Below, one piece after another: positions 62,338 to 64,000 of a DNA stretch of 64,000 nt; position 1 is the first letter of the stretch; each line of letters starts with the position of its first letter. Source of the DNA: Pavona decussata (lineage: Eukaryota). The stretch is taken from contig CDRNST010000058.1 of NCBI GenBank assembly GCA_977016875.1, positions 2,914,001-2,978,000 on the forward strand, in the 5' to 3' direction. Under the pieces are notes generated by a model. The model was given only the letters and a program-made list of their open reading frames with translations, did no database searches and had not been told where the DNA came from. A program made the position numbers and the translations under genes.

Positions 62338-64000
62338 GTGCATTTACCTTTCGTAATAACTTTGCTGAAGAAAGGCTAACATGAGACTGTGCAAGCATTA
62401 ACGGATAATCTAATGAGAATTTTCTTTGATATATTTACTTAGAAGTGGAATCTCAGCCATTGAACAACAAGCCAGTGTCTCGGCGGAAAAAGAAAGGTAA
62501 AATAAGTTGGGTTTTTTTACCAATTATTAAAATGGTAACAAAAATATTGTCAAATTATCCACACTTGGGTCTGAGGTTTATCTATTCCAAATGAAATAGG
62601 TATAACTTCGACTGTGTTTGTTTACTTTACTATATATGTTTTGGTATTTTGAGATCAGAGCTGAAACCGTTTTATATAAAAAACTTGACTAAAGCAGCAA
62701 ATTCTTCCTATTGTTACCCGCCTTTCAAACGATGTAACTTGTATTTACGTTGATTTATCAACTACAGGAAATGCTGCTGAAGCCCTAATGGAATCCTTGA
62801 CGCCAAAAGAAGTGCTTCCTGCCAAAAGAACTAGAAAGAAGCCAACACAATATTAAGGAAACCTCACCACTACTTACAGTCATGTATGACTAGGCAGGTG
62901 TTTGGAAAAAAACTGTCTTTATACGTCTTTTATGATGAGAATTGTTGAAAACAATGTATCCTAATCATTTTTATTTCTCTTTTTCACATAGGAAACTAAG
63001 TGCAGATATCCACTTCAAGGGACCGCTCACAAAAGGACATCAAATTTTCCATGTCTAATTGGCCCAGTTGTATGGCTTGATTAATTGCAGTTAGATTCAA
63101 AACATTGTATTTGCACGTCGAGAAAAAAGCATTTGTGTGGTTTTGCTACGGTAGGAAAAGAGCACTTGATTTTTCTTCACAAATCGTAAGCAGGACACTG
63201 ATAAATATATTTCGAAAACTAGAAATTTAAACATCCCATTGCGAGCACACAGTACCCAGAAATTTTATTCACAAACAGAACAATAACAGTAACAGTACAA
63301 TTAATAACAGAGAGGGTTTAATGACGTCTACAGTCGAATGAAAGGAGTGCAAACTGCAATATTAAACTATTTTAATACATGTTTAGCAAATCACGAGATG
63401 TTCAAGTTCTGTCAACAGTGTGGCCATTAACGAAAAAGAGCTCAAGATAAGGAAGCGGGGCTAGGGGAAAGCCAGAACGATTCCCCAACACAAACGTTTT
63501 CAACCTTCTACAGAGGTTAGGGCAGAATATTATACTATGCAAATTCATTTGCATATATTAATAATATGCCCTTGGAGAATGTAAATTATTGATATAAATG
63601 CCCACGTTGGGCCCACCCCTTGCACTTTACCCTGGGCCACTGTTTGGATTGGATCTAGCGACCCGCCTTCCCATCCAGCGAGGAATCCGGGTTTTTTGGA
63701 GTGCATCCCCTGATTCCACATACCTTATTTACATTTCACAAATAACAATACCCAGGGTAGAATAGTATACTATGCAAACATTGAGGTGGTCACATGTATC
63801 TTCATGTGCACAGACATCAACATGTATTAATTCAGTGTGACTGTAGCATGTATATGACATGCACTCTCATTTTTTCCTCTGTTGTGCAAACTATGGGGTT
63901 TTCTTCTATGTCAAATCTTTGGAGTCACACTTTGAATGGGTGATTATGCTCACTTAACTGTGGATCACATTGCCATGTTGTTTCCACAGCATCGTTCTTT

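Overview
Eukaryotic, AT-rich DNA with GT-AG introns, most likely from an invertebrate; the repeat repertoire suggests a stony coral or other cnidarian (inference). It is a nested transposable-element graveyard with no intact, recognisable host gene. Elements with defined ends: an ISL2EU-type DNA transposon (7224-11491; THAP/DDE_Tnp_4 plus SWIM-YqaJ), a near-intact Kolobok (23984-28893; TTAA TSD, THAP-DDE plus KolX), a full-length BEL/Pao LTR element (37796-44562), a Penelope-like element whose inverted terminal repeats each carry a minimal hammerhead ribozyme (15941-17132), and several MITEs with 4-, 6- or 9-bp TSDs. Remnants: Gypsy lacking RT/RNaseH, two DIRS-like elements, P-like and MULE-like transposases, and an R2-like RT outside rDNA. 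An unidentified spliced gene unit occurs four times. Duplicated segments in the window supply empty-site alleles for three insertions. The most unusual feature is a co-oriented cluster at 29.6-31.6 kb of CxC5(KDZ)-like, Exo1/XPG-like and Kolobok-like DDE exons, possibly the relic of a multi-nuclease cargo transposon. All family assignments come from motif recognition by eye; no database searches were run.
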